Source: Podarcis gaigeae (lineage: Eukaryota). From it: 64,000 nt of DNA. A program made the position numbers and the translations under genes. The notes below the pieces were generated by a model that saw only the letters and a list, made by a program, of their open reading frames with translations, made no database searches and was not told the origin of the DNA. The stretch lies in the NCBI GenBank assembly GCA_964106915.2, contig OZ066919.1; one strand, 5' to 3'. Shown here piece after piece: positions 25,746-38,818 of the stretch. Numbering within the stretch: the first letter of the stretch is position 1; the number at the start of each line of letters is the position of its first letter.

Positions 25746-26384
25746 GCAGAATGGCTTATCTCCCAGTCCTACCTGAAAATACTGGAGAATGAACCTGGGA
25801 CCTTCCGCATGCATCTGCCCTATGTCTGAGCTACACCCCTTCCCATATTAATTCATCACATTTTTGTTCCACTCTTCCTCCTAACAACCCAAGGTGGCTG
25901 CATTATATGCAAACTATGGTTTACCTCCAGAATTGTTTTAAAAATCTGTGTATTTGTTTTTAACTTTGTTACACTAGAAACATTTGCCACAGATTATCCC
26001 TACAGAAAAGACTGGTTTGCATGTTTTTAAAATACATCTTAATCTCAGTCGTAGAGAAAGTTAGTCCTGATAAAGTCTCATCCACTGAGCACACCTTACT
26101 TTATCTGTATTGTGCTTGAAACAACTGTGTACATGCTAGTCTTCTACCTCAAGTTTCTGAATTATGATGGCAAATAATTTTTTTTTATTTGTATATATAT
26201 TCAGAGTCATTATTGTTTTGCATTCAAAACAGGCTAATTTTATAACCTGAAATTGTGTTTGTTTTTACATATATTTATGAGTTTGATTTTTTTCTTAACA
26301 TTTTGCCTGCATTGTCCTACGTATAGTTCTCCCCACTCCCGAAAACAAGGAGAGAATGATCTCAAAATGACCTCTCCCACTAGC

Positions 26385-26575
26385 AGACTTGCCTTACACC
26401 AAGTCAAACTATTAGTCCACCTCTCCCCATTTTGTGTACTCAGACTGGCATCAGCTTGCCAGGGTCTCAAAAGAAGACTTTGCACATGACCTGCTACCTG
26501 AACCTTTCAACTGGAGGAGCCAGGAGTTGAAACTGGAATCTTCTGCATTTTAAGCATGTGTTCTGCCCTTGAGCT
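26385..26575 (-). mobile_element. Squam3-like SINE
   Basis: Reverse complement resembles 9480-9665 and 40341-40528; same relative position in the duplication as the 9480 copy. Confidence 0.7.
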
Positions 26576-27580
26576 AGAATACAGTTCTAGGGGTAGAAGT
26601 ACAGTTTCAGGAATTGAAGCTCTAGCTGAAATCCAAGTAGCATCCCCATTTCAAATCTTTCATCAGTACAATTCATTAACCCATTCAATTATATTTATAT
26701 AGAAAAAATAGTTTTCTGTCATTGGGACAAGCTGCAGAGTAGTTTGGTGGAGCATGTATCATAGACTGGAAATAATCTGTTCTCCTGAAATGCTACTTAA
26801 CCTTCAGGGTAATCAACTGAAGCTGCTGTAGGATTGCTTATCTAGCCCCAGTGATGTTCTGAAAGTGACACAAGTCTGGGATTTTGTTGTTGTTACCATG
26901 ATAGCACTCCACCGAAACCCATCAGGTCACTCTCATGCTACTGTTCCAGTGCCTTTGTAAAACTGCTTCTTTTCCATCCAGTTAAAATGACTCTCCCAGA
27001 GGACCTGCTCCAGCCTGTTTCATAGCCCTTGTCTTTCTACGCCTCCAGGAATTGCAAGTTCTTCTCTATCCTGTCAAACAATCCCACCACTGTTGCTTGT
27101 GATGACAGTCACTTCTGCCTTTCCTGGCATGTGGACCAGTTTCCCTGCATCTCTGCACCTCCTCATCACTACAAACCACAAATGAAAACATAGCACTTCC
27201 TGGCTGATATTGTTTTACTTTATGTAACACTGCAGGGATGTGCAGTGACACCTTACCAAAATAATGAAGCTAATTCCCTGCTCAGGATAGACAGATGTAT
27301 TTTAAGGCCAGGCTTTGCCACCATAACCACTGCCTGTTTCGAAAGAATTACTCAGTGCTGCCCTGTACAAACAAAGGGGGTGGAGAACTAAGGGTGCTTT
27401 CATACAGGCCAAATAATTCCTGATTTAGCAATGATGTTTTGAGGTATTGGGGGTGGGGAGCAGTTTCTCCATGGATATGAAGATGTGATCACACACACTC
27501 GTCCAACACTACATTGCCAATCGTGACACACATGTGGCATGTGGCTATTGAATGCATGCTGTATGGACTCACCCCCACGA
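26390..27580 (-). repeat. Inverted segmental duplication, copy 2
   Basis: Reverse complement is colinear with about 8435-9665. Confidence 0.9.
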
Positions 27581-27794
27581 CCATAGCAGGCAAGGGGTTG
27601 TTTTGGAAATTCCTTTATGCAACATCTAGGAAGCAGGAGGGTAGGACTGAGGACAGCCATCTAACATGTCTATAAATACAAATTAAATCTGCTCAGATAA
27701 TCTACAGTAGAGAGATTTCAAGAACAGTAGGTACTTGTTTGGATGGGCACTCACCTACCAGCGAATATGATGCTTGTTCCCCATTGCTGCCCTA

Positions 27795-28025
27795 AAGAAC
27801 TAGACAAATTAATGGAGGAGAGGGCTATCAAAGGCTACAAGCTATGCTTTGCCCCCACAGCTGGAGGCAGTAATGCTTCTGAATACTGGTGGCTGGAAAC
27901 CACCAGTATTTTGTGCTCCAATCTTCCTTGCAGGTTACCCACAGGCATCTGGTTGGCCACTGTGAGAACAGGGTGCTGGAATAGGTTGGCCACTGGCCTG
28001 ATCCAGCAGGCTCTTCTTATGTCTC
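27795..28025 (+). mobile_element. CR1 LINE 3' end
   Basis: 'tagacaaattaatggaggagagggctatc...ggcatctggttggccactgtgagaacag...ggcctgatccagcaggctcttcttatgt' resembles the squamate CR1 ORF2 end and 3' UTR. Confidence 0.8.
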
Positions 28026-29802
28026 TGCGTCTGCATGTGCTGACATCAGTTCTCCAGGGTTTCAGATGATAATCTTTTCCAGTCCTAACTGGAGACACCA
28101 GGGGTCAATCCTGGAATTTCTTACATGCAAATCAGTACGCTTCCACTAAGCTGCATATGTGCTTCACTGCTATATCCCATCTAGCTTTAAAAGGCCAAAG
28201 GGAGGCATTTTGCTTGTAAGGTGGTGATTCCAGAGCATCATACTTTTCAGAGACAGATCCAGATTGCAGTGTTGCAGTGTTCACCTTAAGTAGTGAACAA
28301 ACATACTCACAGAGACACAGACACACTCCCTTGTCCCCATTTCATTCTTTTTAAAAAACTGATCTGACTAGCAGATGAATCTTAGTTCAATACTGGCAAC
28401 AGCACAGTAACTTCCATTGCACCTGAGGGTGCAGTAATATAGGAGAGTCAGGACTGGCCATGTAACACACAGCTTTGTTCTTCAAGGTTATGGAAAACCC
28501 TAGCAATAGCTAGGAGGCTGCTGTCACTGCTCCCCCTACAGCATTGGATACCTGAGGCAGTTGCCTCACTTTACCAAATGGTAGAGCTGGTCCTGCACAC
28601 ACCAGCCAAGCCGAAAGGCTGTGGCTTCAGTGTGAAACTTGCTTTCAGCCCATTTCTTGTCTGACAAATCTCACAGTAGAACATAGGTCTCCTATCCATG
28701 CTTTGGATTTGTTTTAGAATAATCCACATTCTGGCAGGATCCGAATGCAAGCCTGGCTGCTGAAGGGTGAATGCGAAGTACTTCTGGTGGGAGCCCTTTA
28801 TTCAGGGACAAGGCAAGCGTATTTATTTTCTCCTTACTTAATTTCAACCTTGAGAATGCACTGATCTTCTCCACACCGCCCCCCCCCCCGCTTCTCTGGG
28901 TTGAGGATGACGATTTCTCTTGACTCCATTCCAAGAATGCTGTCTTCTCTTTATTGATGGGGATTGCGCCGTTCATTCTTATCAGAGGAATAGGTTTCAG
29001 CTATGCTCTCGCTCCATTAGCTCCGATACACCGTGGGGAATAAAGCTGCCCATCTCCTTCACTGCGAATGCCGGCAATGGAGCGCTACCCTGGTTGCTGC
29101 CAACTCAGTGATGTCATCTTCAACTGCAATGCGACCCCCCCTCCTGGCCTTGTGCAAAACTCCCTTAATGAGGCGTCTGTGCTCCTGGCTGCTTCCCTGT
29201 TGGCACTCAGGAAAGCAAAGGGCGTGCTGCACAAATCCATCTTTGCAGGCATTCATCTTTATTGTTGCATACTGACCCAAAGTACCTCTCTCCCTCCGAT
29301 GAGCCTGATTGAAATTCAATGGGAGGGAAAAAAAATGCCAGGAGAACAATTTGTCCTTAACTAAACACAGCCTTTTTCTTCCCCCTTCCCCCTCCCCCTC
29401 TGTGCAGGAGCTGCTGTTAGTTTGCTTCCAAGATTCTCCTTCGGGCAAGGATAAAAGATTGGGAGCCTGAATTTCTAAACATTAGCTAAATCTAGTGGAT
29501 GGACCCGTCCCCACACCTCTTCACTATACAGCATTTACAGTCAGATGCAAAATACTATACACAAGATGCAGAGGCAACCCCCCAAGAAAGTAACGTGAGA
29601 TTCCTCTTCTCTGTTACAGGAGCGTATTTCCTCCGGACAAAGCCTGCATACAAGGCAAGGCTGCACCTTTTTATTCTGATGAACTGCCCTGGTCATTTTA
29701 TTTTAAATAGCAGCTGAGATTACTGTGCTAATCACGAAAGATTAAAATGCATGCATTCCCAATAGGGCTTCTTACTGAGTTTGCTCTGTTTATTTGATAG
29801 GA

Positions 29803-30060
29803 GCATAGGAAGCTGCCTTGGACATAGCTCAGGTGGCTAGAGTGTGATGCTGATAGCACCAAGGTTGAAGGCTGCATATTCCTGCATTGCATGGGGCTGG
29901 ATTAGATGATCTTCAAGGTTCCTTCCAACTCTAGAATTATATGATTTTATGTATATACCAAGTCAGACCATCTAGCAAAGCACTGTCTATGCTGACTGGT
30001 AGCAGCACTTCAGGATTTGAGACCGGGGTCCCTCCCAATCATACTTGGAGACGCTGGGGA
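29803..30060 (-). mobile_element. Squam3-like SINE split by a younger plus-strand SINE
   Basis: 'cataggaagctgcctt' resumes as 'ataccaagtcagacc...' after the inserted element. Confidence 0.7.
29820..29950 (+). mobile_element. tRNA-derived SINE with CR1-type tail
   Basis: A-box 'tagctcaggtgg', tail 'ggattagatgatcttcaaggttccttccaactctagaattatatgatt'. Confidence 0.7.
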
Positions 30061-31646
30061 AAAAATGCTGTTTCCCTGCAGTTCAGGGGAAGTAATTTCC
30101 CAGCTGTCTGCCTATGTAGTTTGCATCCTATTCTGCCCCTAGGTGGCTCACATGTGGACCTCATTTTATCAATCCTGCAATGTAGGTTAGTCCGAGGAAA
30201 TTAGACTAACAATTAACAATCCTGCAATGAAGGTTAGTCTAAGGAATGATTTACCCAAGGTCATTCAGTGAGCTTCTTGCATGAGCAAGGAATTGAACCT
30301 GAGTTTCTTACAATCAAATCTGTGATAGACCCACCTCTGAAAGACACAAATATATTTTTCTGGGAAGTTTGTGAAAATATTGCATAAGAATTATAACGTA
30401 TGTCTGCCTTAGACAATGTCCATATGGCAAAACTCTTGAGAGAATGTTCACACTTTACTCTCTCCGGAATTCTAAAGTACATAGATTATGCTTCCAATAT
30501 TACACCACCACAAATCTTGTTGTTTTCTGAGTGTACACCCAACATTCTAACCCAGTTTCCCTCAACCTGACGCCCTACAGATATTTAGGACTACAACTGC
30601 TATCATCTCTGACCACTGGCCATGCTGTCTGGAAGTGATGGGGCTTGTATTCCAGAACATCTGGTGGACACTAGGTTGTAGGAAGGCTGCTGTATCATGC
30701 ATGTTTTTGCTTATGCTTCAGGGAGTGCATTTGACAAATGCTGTCTCCGAAAGTTTGATGATGTCATCACTGCACTCTCAGTGGAAAGTTCCGTTGACTT
30801 TAGCCAAAACTGGACAAGGTCTCTATGTTGTATTTTCCTAAGGGTGGCCAAAAGAGCATGAATAGCTTCATATTTACAGCAAACATGATGGTGATAGAGA
30901 ATACCTATGTGAGATACAATATATATATATTTTCAATCAGTCACTGGTAATTCTATTCTGTGGCTCCCAAGGCCTGTTTGTAAAAATATAGTAATAACCT
31001 ATTCTTGCAGTTAGATCATGAGTTGGTTGGACAGAAGGAGAAGAGGAGCAGAGCATGAGGAGGTAATGCAAGACAGTGTGAGGGCAGCAGCTGCCTAACA
31101 ATACTAGCACACAGCTTCACCATTTCATTGCAGAGCTTGTGATTTGGGCCTCACATGATTGCAATAAAATCACAAGAGCAGCCATCTGGGTGTGTATGCA
31201 TATATTTGGCAATCCACAATGGTACAGTATCTTCACAACACTGAGACCTTCTGATAGACTAATCAAAATGTAAAACATAGAGGACACTTGAAGTCTGCTA
31301 GTGCTTTCACTATATTTCTCCTCATTAACATCTCGTATCAGTGTTGTGCTAGGCACTGTGCAGAACACAGAAATCATACAGAGCCTGCTGAGAGTTCTTG
31401 CAGCCTACAATAGCCAGGCATGACAGGGATGGACAGAGGCCATTGGGTAGTTGACAGTTAAGGTACAACAGAGGAAATGAGGGGCTGCTGTGGTCTGTAT
31501 ACTTATGGAAGTGAAGTGCTCTGAAGCAAGAGACACCTGTGATGGTCTCAGGAATAATCAAAATAAGAGATATTTGTCAACCAACTTCTTAACTATGGTA
31601 GGGGCAAATAGTGGCACCTTAATTCAGATGGAGTTGCAAAATGAGC

Positions 31647-31776
31647 NNNNNNNNNNNNNNNNNNNNNNNNNNNNNNNNNNNNNNNNNNNNNNNNNNNNNN
31701 NNNNNNNNNNNNNNNNNNNNNNNNNNNNNNNNNNNNNNNNNNNNNNNNNNNNNNNNNNNNNNNNNNNNNNNNNNNN
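31647..31776. other. Assembly gap (130 N)
   Basis: Run of n. Confidence 1.
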
Positions 31777-33213
31777 TCATATATACTGTATTGCAATAGG
31801 CCCCTCTGAATCTGTGTGTTCTCTGAATGTGTCTCACGCTCAGAACAGTTTGAGCAAATAATTTATAGCCAGCTGGGTACACATAGAAATGCATAGATGC
31901 ATAGAACAACACTGTTACAAGTAACCATATTCTGTTTCTGACAGCAATGGCCGATAAGACCAGGTAGTATATTTTGTGACCAAAGACACTGGATGAGGGT
32001 GCTGGAAGCATGGTGGTAGGTGATGCACAGTTGATGACCCACCCCAGTAATACCTCCAGCCACTTGCTAATGATATTAATGGAATGTACCTGTGTGAGGA
32101 GCTACTAGCCAGTCATCAGCTACACACCATGGCATTGATCAAGCCACCCCATGCCTCCAACAAGACTCCTGCCATTAAGAGAATGGGGCTCTATTCCCCA
32201 CCCACAATTTGGTTCCTGTTCTGCAGTGGCAGACATCCTGTATCTGCCACATCACCTCCTTGCTATTCCTGCCCTCCTACAGTCTACATTCCTGTGACCT
32301 GATACCTGCACCAAATTCATTGAAAGAGAATAGAATGTAAGCAACTGCAATCTGGATATGGTGAGGTTGAAATTCTCTCCACCCACCTCCCCACAACTCC
32401 CCGCTCTGTCTCCACACATACACCATCATCCATTTGCATAAACTATTAAGCAGCAAGCTAAATAGATGTGGCCTCTTTAGGCTGTAATCCAGCGCTGAGA
32501 TGAGCTAAGCGCACAGCACTTACTGCTCCATGTAATCAATTCCAGTGCAGCACATTCATTATCGTTGCCTTTAGCATTAATATGTCTCATAAAGAAAATG
32601 CTCCCATGTGTTGCCCAAGGCCTCAGCAGCTTGTTCGCTGCCCCTAGTTCTCTCTGATTCCTCCTTTAAAAAAATAAGTAAATTAAAAAGCAGCTCTAAT
32701 TATTGTCCCTGCTTCCATGGATTCCATTCAGCCACTGATCTCCATGTGTCAGCATCGGTTCTGGGCAGCTGTGTGAGGTGAGCTGGGGGCCAGGAACTAT
32801 GGGATGAGCCAGAAGTCAGGAGCGAAGGACAAAATCAGTAAGCAGGATCACGGAGCTAAGCCAGGTGTCAAGACTGAAGAGCAAGTCAGAACTGGAGGAC
32901 ACAGAAGACAGGATTGAGGTGCAAGCTAGAGGTCAGAACCAAAGGACAATATATGAACACACCGGAGCTCAGAAATAGGTTCAAGCAAGACTCAACTGGC
33001 ACAGCAAGGACTGCGCCTGCCTGTTCAGGAAGATCCAATGGCCAACCTGGGTGGGCAGAGTCAGTTCAGGGCCTGAGGGTACTCCACTGAGTAGCTATTC
33101 ACATGCAGTTCAGTGGCTCACCACAAGGGGAGCCATCCTGATGGCTTCCACCACTCCTTTCTTATGTGGATATAAGTTTCTGAACAATGTCAACAGAAGC
33201 TTGGTGAGCTACA

Positions 33214-33438
33214 CAGTGGTACCTCGGGTTACATATGCTTCAGGTTACAGACTCCGCTAACCCAGAAATATTACCTTGGGTTAAGAACTTTGCTTCAGGA
33301 TGAGAACAGAAATCGTGTAGCAGCGGCGCAGCAGCAGCAGCAGCGGGAGGCTCCATTAGCTAAAGTGGTGCTTCAGGTTAAGAACAGTTTCAGGTTAAGA
33401 ACGGACTTCCGGAACGAATTAAGTTCTTGGTACCACTG
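33214..33438 (+). mobile_element. Tc1/mariner-type MITE
   Basis: cagtggtacctcgggtt...ggtaccactg-ta, same family as 12443. Confidence 0.9.
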
Positions 33439-36400
33439 TATATACACTAATGTTCTCTGCAGGATGCAGCAGGTGATTTTCCATGTCTGTCCCTTACAGA
33501 TTTGAGGATCTGGTATGCTCTAATGTGCAGGTAACGTGCAATCTGCATTGTGCCATGCACCAGCCCAGTCTTCATCTGCTCTACAGACAGTTTCTGATTC
33601 AGGGTTGGCACATTGGGGAGTACTGAGGAACAGCATCAACTTATAGCTGCCACACACCATTCTGTTTAAGCAAGAGCCACACGTTCTATTCCCATTGCTG
33701 CTGCTTCAACCCAAGTGGAGGCATGATTAACTGCACTCCAGGCATGGCCAGAGTTGCAAGGCATTCATCTTAACATGTGAACCACTGCTTCGGTCAATTA
33801 ACCAAGGAGGTAAATCATGGGTGTCTCTAAAGCCAGATCTCCTATAATAAGGGAGCAAAAATTTAGGTGGCCAGAAACAACTGGTGCCTAGAGCAGTTGG
33901 TCCTTGTGACTGGGTTGGTGAAGAGTCGTTGCTGTTTTGTTTTACGGTTTTATTTCACAGTGGTACTTTTAAACCTTGTACAGTGAATTGAATGCTGGAT
34001 GAGTGGCACAGAAATATTTAAGTCCAATAAGATTAGTAAACGTAGCAATGTAAAGATAGTGATGACTTCCAGGTATGCATGCCCTCTGCCATCTCTGTGT
34101 TAGGAAGTGCCTGAATAGAAGACAAAAGGAATGCACCACCATTACAACTGAGTGGATCAGTTCACAGGCTCCCAAAAGAGGCAGAGATGCTGTTCAGCGA
34201 TAGAAGGAAGACAGACCAAGGCAAGAGGCAGGTTGTCACAGCCAGAGTGCAGAACAGCAAGGAATCATCATCATCATCATCATCCGGTTGTGGAGGCACA
34301 GGGTCATGGCCACACGGCCACACACTATGCCACTGGCCAGGGGGAGTCTCTGTAAGTTCTGCATTGTTTTAGCTGCTGGCCTAGCTCTCATAAAAGAAAT
34401 AAACGTGCATTAGACAACATCAACTAAGGTGTGCCATGCCAGGGATGTGTGCAAAGTAAGGAATGTGATCAGTAAAATAAATCCAAATGAATCAATTTTT
34501 GGCATATTCAGTATGAGAAAGCAGAAGTTGTCTCAAGCCACTAGCCACTCCATATCCCAGAGTGGAGTTCAGTCATGGACTTTTCAGTAGAACGAAGTCC
34601 AAAGTTCCCTGTCGAGGTGAAATCTGGTGTGGGCAAAACTCATCCCTGCCCTCGTGCTGCCCACCCCCTTGAGCTCTGGGCCTCCCCAACAAGAATCCCC
34701 TGGCAGAGTAATGTATGAATGAAGGTATCAGCTGGTAGTTGCCGTGAAGAGCTGAGGGAGGGGAGATGTGAGGACAACACTGAGTCCCCCACCTCCCAAT
34801 TTCAATCCCCCTAAATTGCTTACTCTCCCATTAGGCTGCCTACAAATGTGACTGCAAAATTGGGGGGCCATTTTTGCTCAGCTCTGCTTTTCAGCCTCTC
34901 CGTGATAACAGGCTTTTAGTCCTCTGATACAAGTAATTCCACACAATGGCTGGGATCCAAACTCCTTCAGGTGCCTACAAAGAGCGTCTTTTAAGGTGCC
35001 TGTGTGTACACAGCAGCGCTTCCCACTTTCTTCTTCTGCTTGACAGCAGGTCTTTGTGCCTCATAGCAGGATGTTTCTGAAGTTGCTTCAGTTTTGGAGG
35101 CAGCAACATGGTTTAGTTTAAAAACTAATGAGTCCCATGACTTTTTTTTTTGAGAAAGACCATTTAAAATGTTTGACCTCACTAAGGTTTAGAAATCTTC
35201 TGATCTGCATTGGCCATTGTGACAAAACTCCAGGATAATGAACTTGATAGAATCAACACAGGCTCATGCCAGATTGTCAGAATATGTCTGACAGAGTGCA
35301 TCAGAAGGCTGATAAATACACTGCTCTCTGATTGTATGAATGGTTGGAATGTGTTACACTTCCAGCTAAACTAAATGTGAGTACAATTAACATGAAAGCA
35401 TTTAAAAATGCCTAATAGCAGCAAAGAACGAGTTCAAGCAGCATCAGGACTACAGGAAAAGGAGAGGGAGACATCAGCTCTTCCTCTCCACTGTGATCAT
35501 CCCGTTCAGACTTGCAAACAGCAGCAGGGGTGGCAATTTTTCCAGACTATGGCAGGGGAGGAAAGGGTTAAGCTCTTCTCTGCACTCTCTGAGCTCTTGA
35601 TGTTAGGACTCGCCTACAGCTGCTATACCTTTTTATTTTTTTAGAAAAGTATTTTCATTGCATTCATGCAATTAATGTCATGCCTAGTTTAGCCCTTAAT
35701 CAATGCTGATCAGCTTGAGCACCTACACTGTAGCATGGAGTCTGGATTTCCCTTCCTGCTTTGATTCTGGTAACAGAGTTAGAGTGGCACTGATTTTGGG
35801 TTTAGTGGTCTGCGTTAGTCTTTGTTGCTGCATATTAGCATGGATTTCTGCGTACCAGGAAGTTGGGCTTGAAGCAGACAATTAGTGGGCAGGAGTAGGA
35901 ACAATGGTCAGTTGAAGAATTCTAGGAAGTGTCCATTTAAAGGATCACAAAGGCACTACCTTCTTCCAAGGTGGCAGGTTCCAAGGCCACTTACACTCTG
36001 GCACCAGTGCACTCCCACTGCTGGTGTTTGGAGCTGTGTATATGCAATATTACCAACAACCTGTAGCTTCTTGAGAAACACTGCTGTTTGATATGTTTTC
36101 CCCTCAAATTACCTTCCATCTGATTAGAAAGCCACATTCACTTCGCAGATGACAACTTCATAAATAGGAGTTGGGGAGCTGCAGGTGTGGGAAAACCAAA
36201 TAATGTGCACCAAGTGAAGACATTTCTGCCTCATCTCTGGTGTACAAAAATGTGCAAATGTGACCTGAAATGCAGTCTGGGAAGGTGGCCGGGGTGGGGT
36301 GGGGTTTGACCTCGCTGTGTTTTAAGCTGCTAATATGTACATAGCCCAAGTCTCTTAAAGCCGGTGACTGATGACTTAATCCAAATGGTTTGTTTCTCAA

Positions 36401-38500
36401 ATGCTTTTCTGAGTGTTTTTACTCCCCTGTTTCTAGCCAACGCTGCTATGCAAAATTGCCACAAGTTCTTTTTTTTCCAATACCTGATGCGTTTGATGTC
36501 CGTTTTCTCCCTCTGAAGAAATCAATGTCTGTATCAGTAGATGAATGTATTGGTTTTGCCTCTCCAAGACAAGCCTTTTCAAACAAGATGGTATATTCTG
36601 TAGCCACGTCATTTTAATTAAAAATATACCAAGGAGCTATTCATACTGGGGGCACATGAAAGGTTTCAGCAACATGCCCTGGAGCAGTTCAAACTTAATA
36701 AAGTCAAGGTGGGCCTTGGAGGACACCAGGCCTGCCTTTGATGGAGCCAAATAGATTTATAACATCTTCTAACAGCAAAGAGTTTTGTTCTTAGCAAAGA
36801 ATATTTGATGGGGTATATGCAACGTAGTGGGAAAAGAGTCATGGGGGTGGGGGAGAGAGAAAAGGAAGACTTTGTTGTTTTGTTCGTTAGAGAACTCAGC
36901 TAGGAAAGTGCGGCTTAACCTCCTCTTTGCTTATACTGTAGCATGTTTAATTTCAAAACAAGACTGGACCAGAACACAAACTCCAGCCTGATTTATCTAG
37001 TCTTGCTTCCACCTGCGATGTCAATTTGACATCTTAGAAAGAAGGCAAATAATCTAGGATAGGTTAGAAGGAGGGAAGAAAACAATAACTGATAAGAATA
37101 TTTACTTTTACAGCACATAAAAAGTCCAAGGGGATGGCCAGTGAAATTTGTAGGCAACAGGCTTTGTGACATTACATGACCTTCCTTTTTTAATCTGCTT
37201 GGCTATAGCAGAGAGCACGAGAAAAGTGGCAAATTCAGCTATCAGTTGAGGAAGTATGCTAGCCATGTTTACATCTTTGTCAGCTAATGAGGCCCAAGTA
37301 CCTTTATACAATATCCACAGCTGCTGTGGCTTTTGCTTTCCTTTGACCGTGCCATACTGTCCCTTGCAAAAAGCTAGAGAAGTCTCTCCATTTCTGGCAA
37401 ATGTCTCAGTTCATTCAATCAATAACTGCACCAGAAAAGGGTTGTTTGAAAGCCTTTTGATCAAAGATATCGTGTGACCACAGCACAGCACATGACTCCC
37501 TATGGCATCAGAGAAATTCAGCCAATGGCAGCCAGAGGATATGACAAGTGGGTAGATGACTCATTTGAAGGATGCTCATGGACCTGCTGTGAAACCTTGA
37601 GGTCTGTTGCAAGTGTCAACTTCATTGAGACAGCAACTCAATCACATTTTATTGGATTTAGGGAATCACCTGGTAAGAGTAAGATAAGGAAGACTGAACT
37701 AACAGAAAAGTGATAAGAGGAGAGAGGGAGGTGGACACTCCAGGAGATTTGACAGCGAACAATATTTGCTGTTCTGGTGGGTCACCATTATATGAAATTA
37801 TATTGTTCTACCAAATATATATCACACACACATGCATTCAAAAAAAGAAGAAAACAGTAAATATTGTACACTGTTATGGAGTTTTAAATTTTATACGTGT
37901 ATATTTATTTGGCATATGCTATAGTGGTAAAAAGCTTGGAGGGAGAACTGAGCATGGAGGTTGGCTCAGGTGGTCTACATCTTAGCCAAGGCCCTGTCCA
38001 CTAGGGCATGAGCGAGTGAGAAGAGGAGGTCCTTGCAGTTCACAATTCTCATGTCTCAACCCCCAAGTTGCTGGTGGTATGGCAGCAAGCCAAGCAGCTT
38101 TTCTGCTATGTGTAGGGTGGGGCTGGAGATTGATATTAAAAGCTGCTATAAAGAAAAACTAAGCAGGCACTAGCAACCAAACCAATGAATATGGTAAGAA
38201 GCTGAGTTAGATGGCATGAAAAAGGTTGGACATAATGAAAAGCATATTAGAAAATAATTGGGCCCAACTCTTATCTGAATGAAGCAACTGCATATTTTTA
38301 CCGCTTCCCTTGATTGATTGATTGATTGACAGACTGCATTGACTTGGGGATGTTTCTGAGCCAAACCATGGCTTAGCCCTGGGTAGTGCAGCAGGGCCGA
38401 CGGTTCACCCCGTACAGGGGCTAATGCAAAAGGAATATTCTGATGACTGCCTTTGTGGGAGCACTGACATTGCATCAGGACTTGAACCAATCTCACAGAG

Positions 38501-38818
38501 CAGTGGTTCCCAATTAGCTAAGTACTGTTTTCCAAAAGCCAAGCCATAGACCCCCTACTTTTGAAAATGTCGATACCTCTGTGGTAGTTTTTGTTCTGTG
38601 AATGGTGCCACCATACCCTCCAACATGTCCCAGTGCAAAATTGGGCTGTGCTCTCATGTGAGTTATGTGACCCGCATGAGAGTACGGCACCCAAAAGATG
38701 CACATCTGGCTGCAATCTCACACGTTTTTGGGCTCTGTGTTCTCATGCGAGATGTCCCAGACAGTTGATAGATATGTGCCACGGGCCTCCTGGAGGACCT
38801 CCAATTGGGACCACCCTG
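38501..38818. mobile_element. hAT-like MITE
   Basis: Imperfect TIRs cagtggttcccaatt / aattgggaccaccctg; TSD not evident. Confidence 0.5.

Noticed and set aside
31490-32011. ORFs of 67-130 aa
   Set aside because: Artefacts of translating through the N gap.
32746-33120. Possible reversed LTR (purine-rich, gtcag repeats)
   Set aside because: Termini and TSD could not be fixed.
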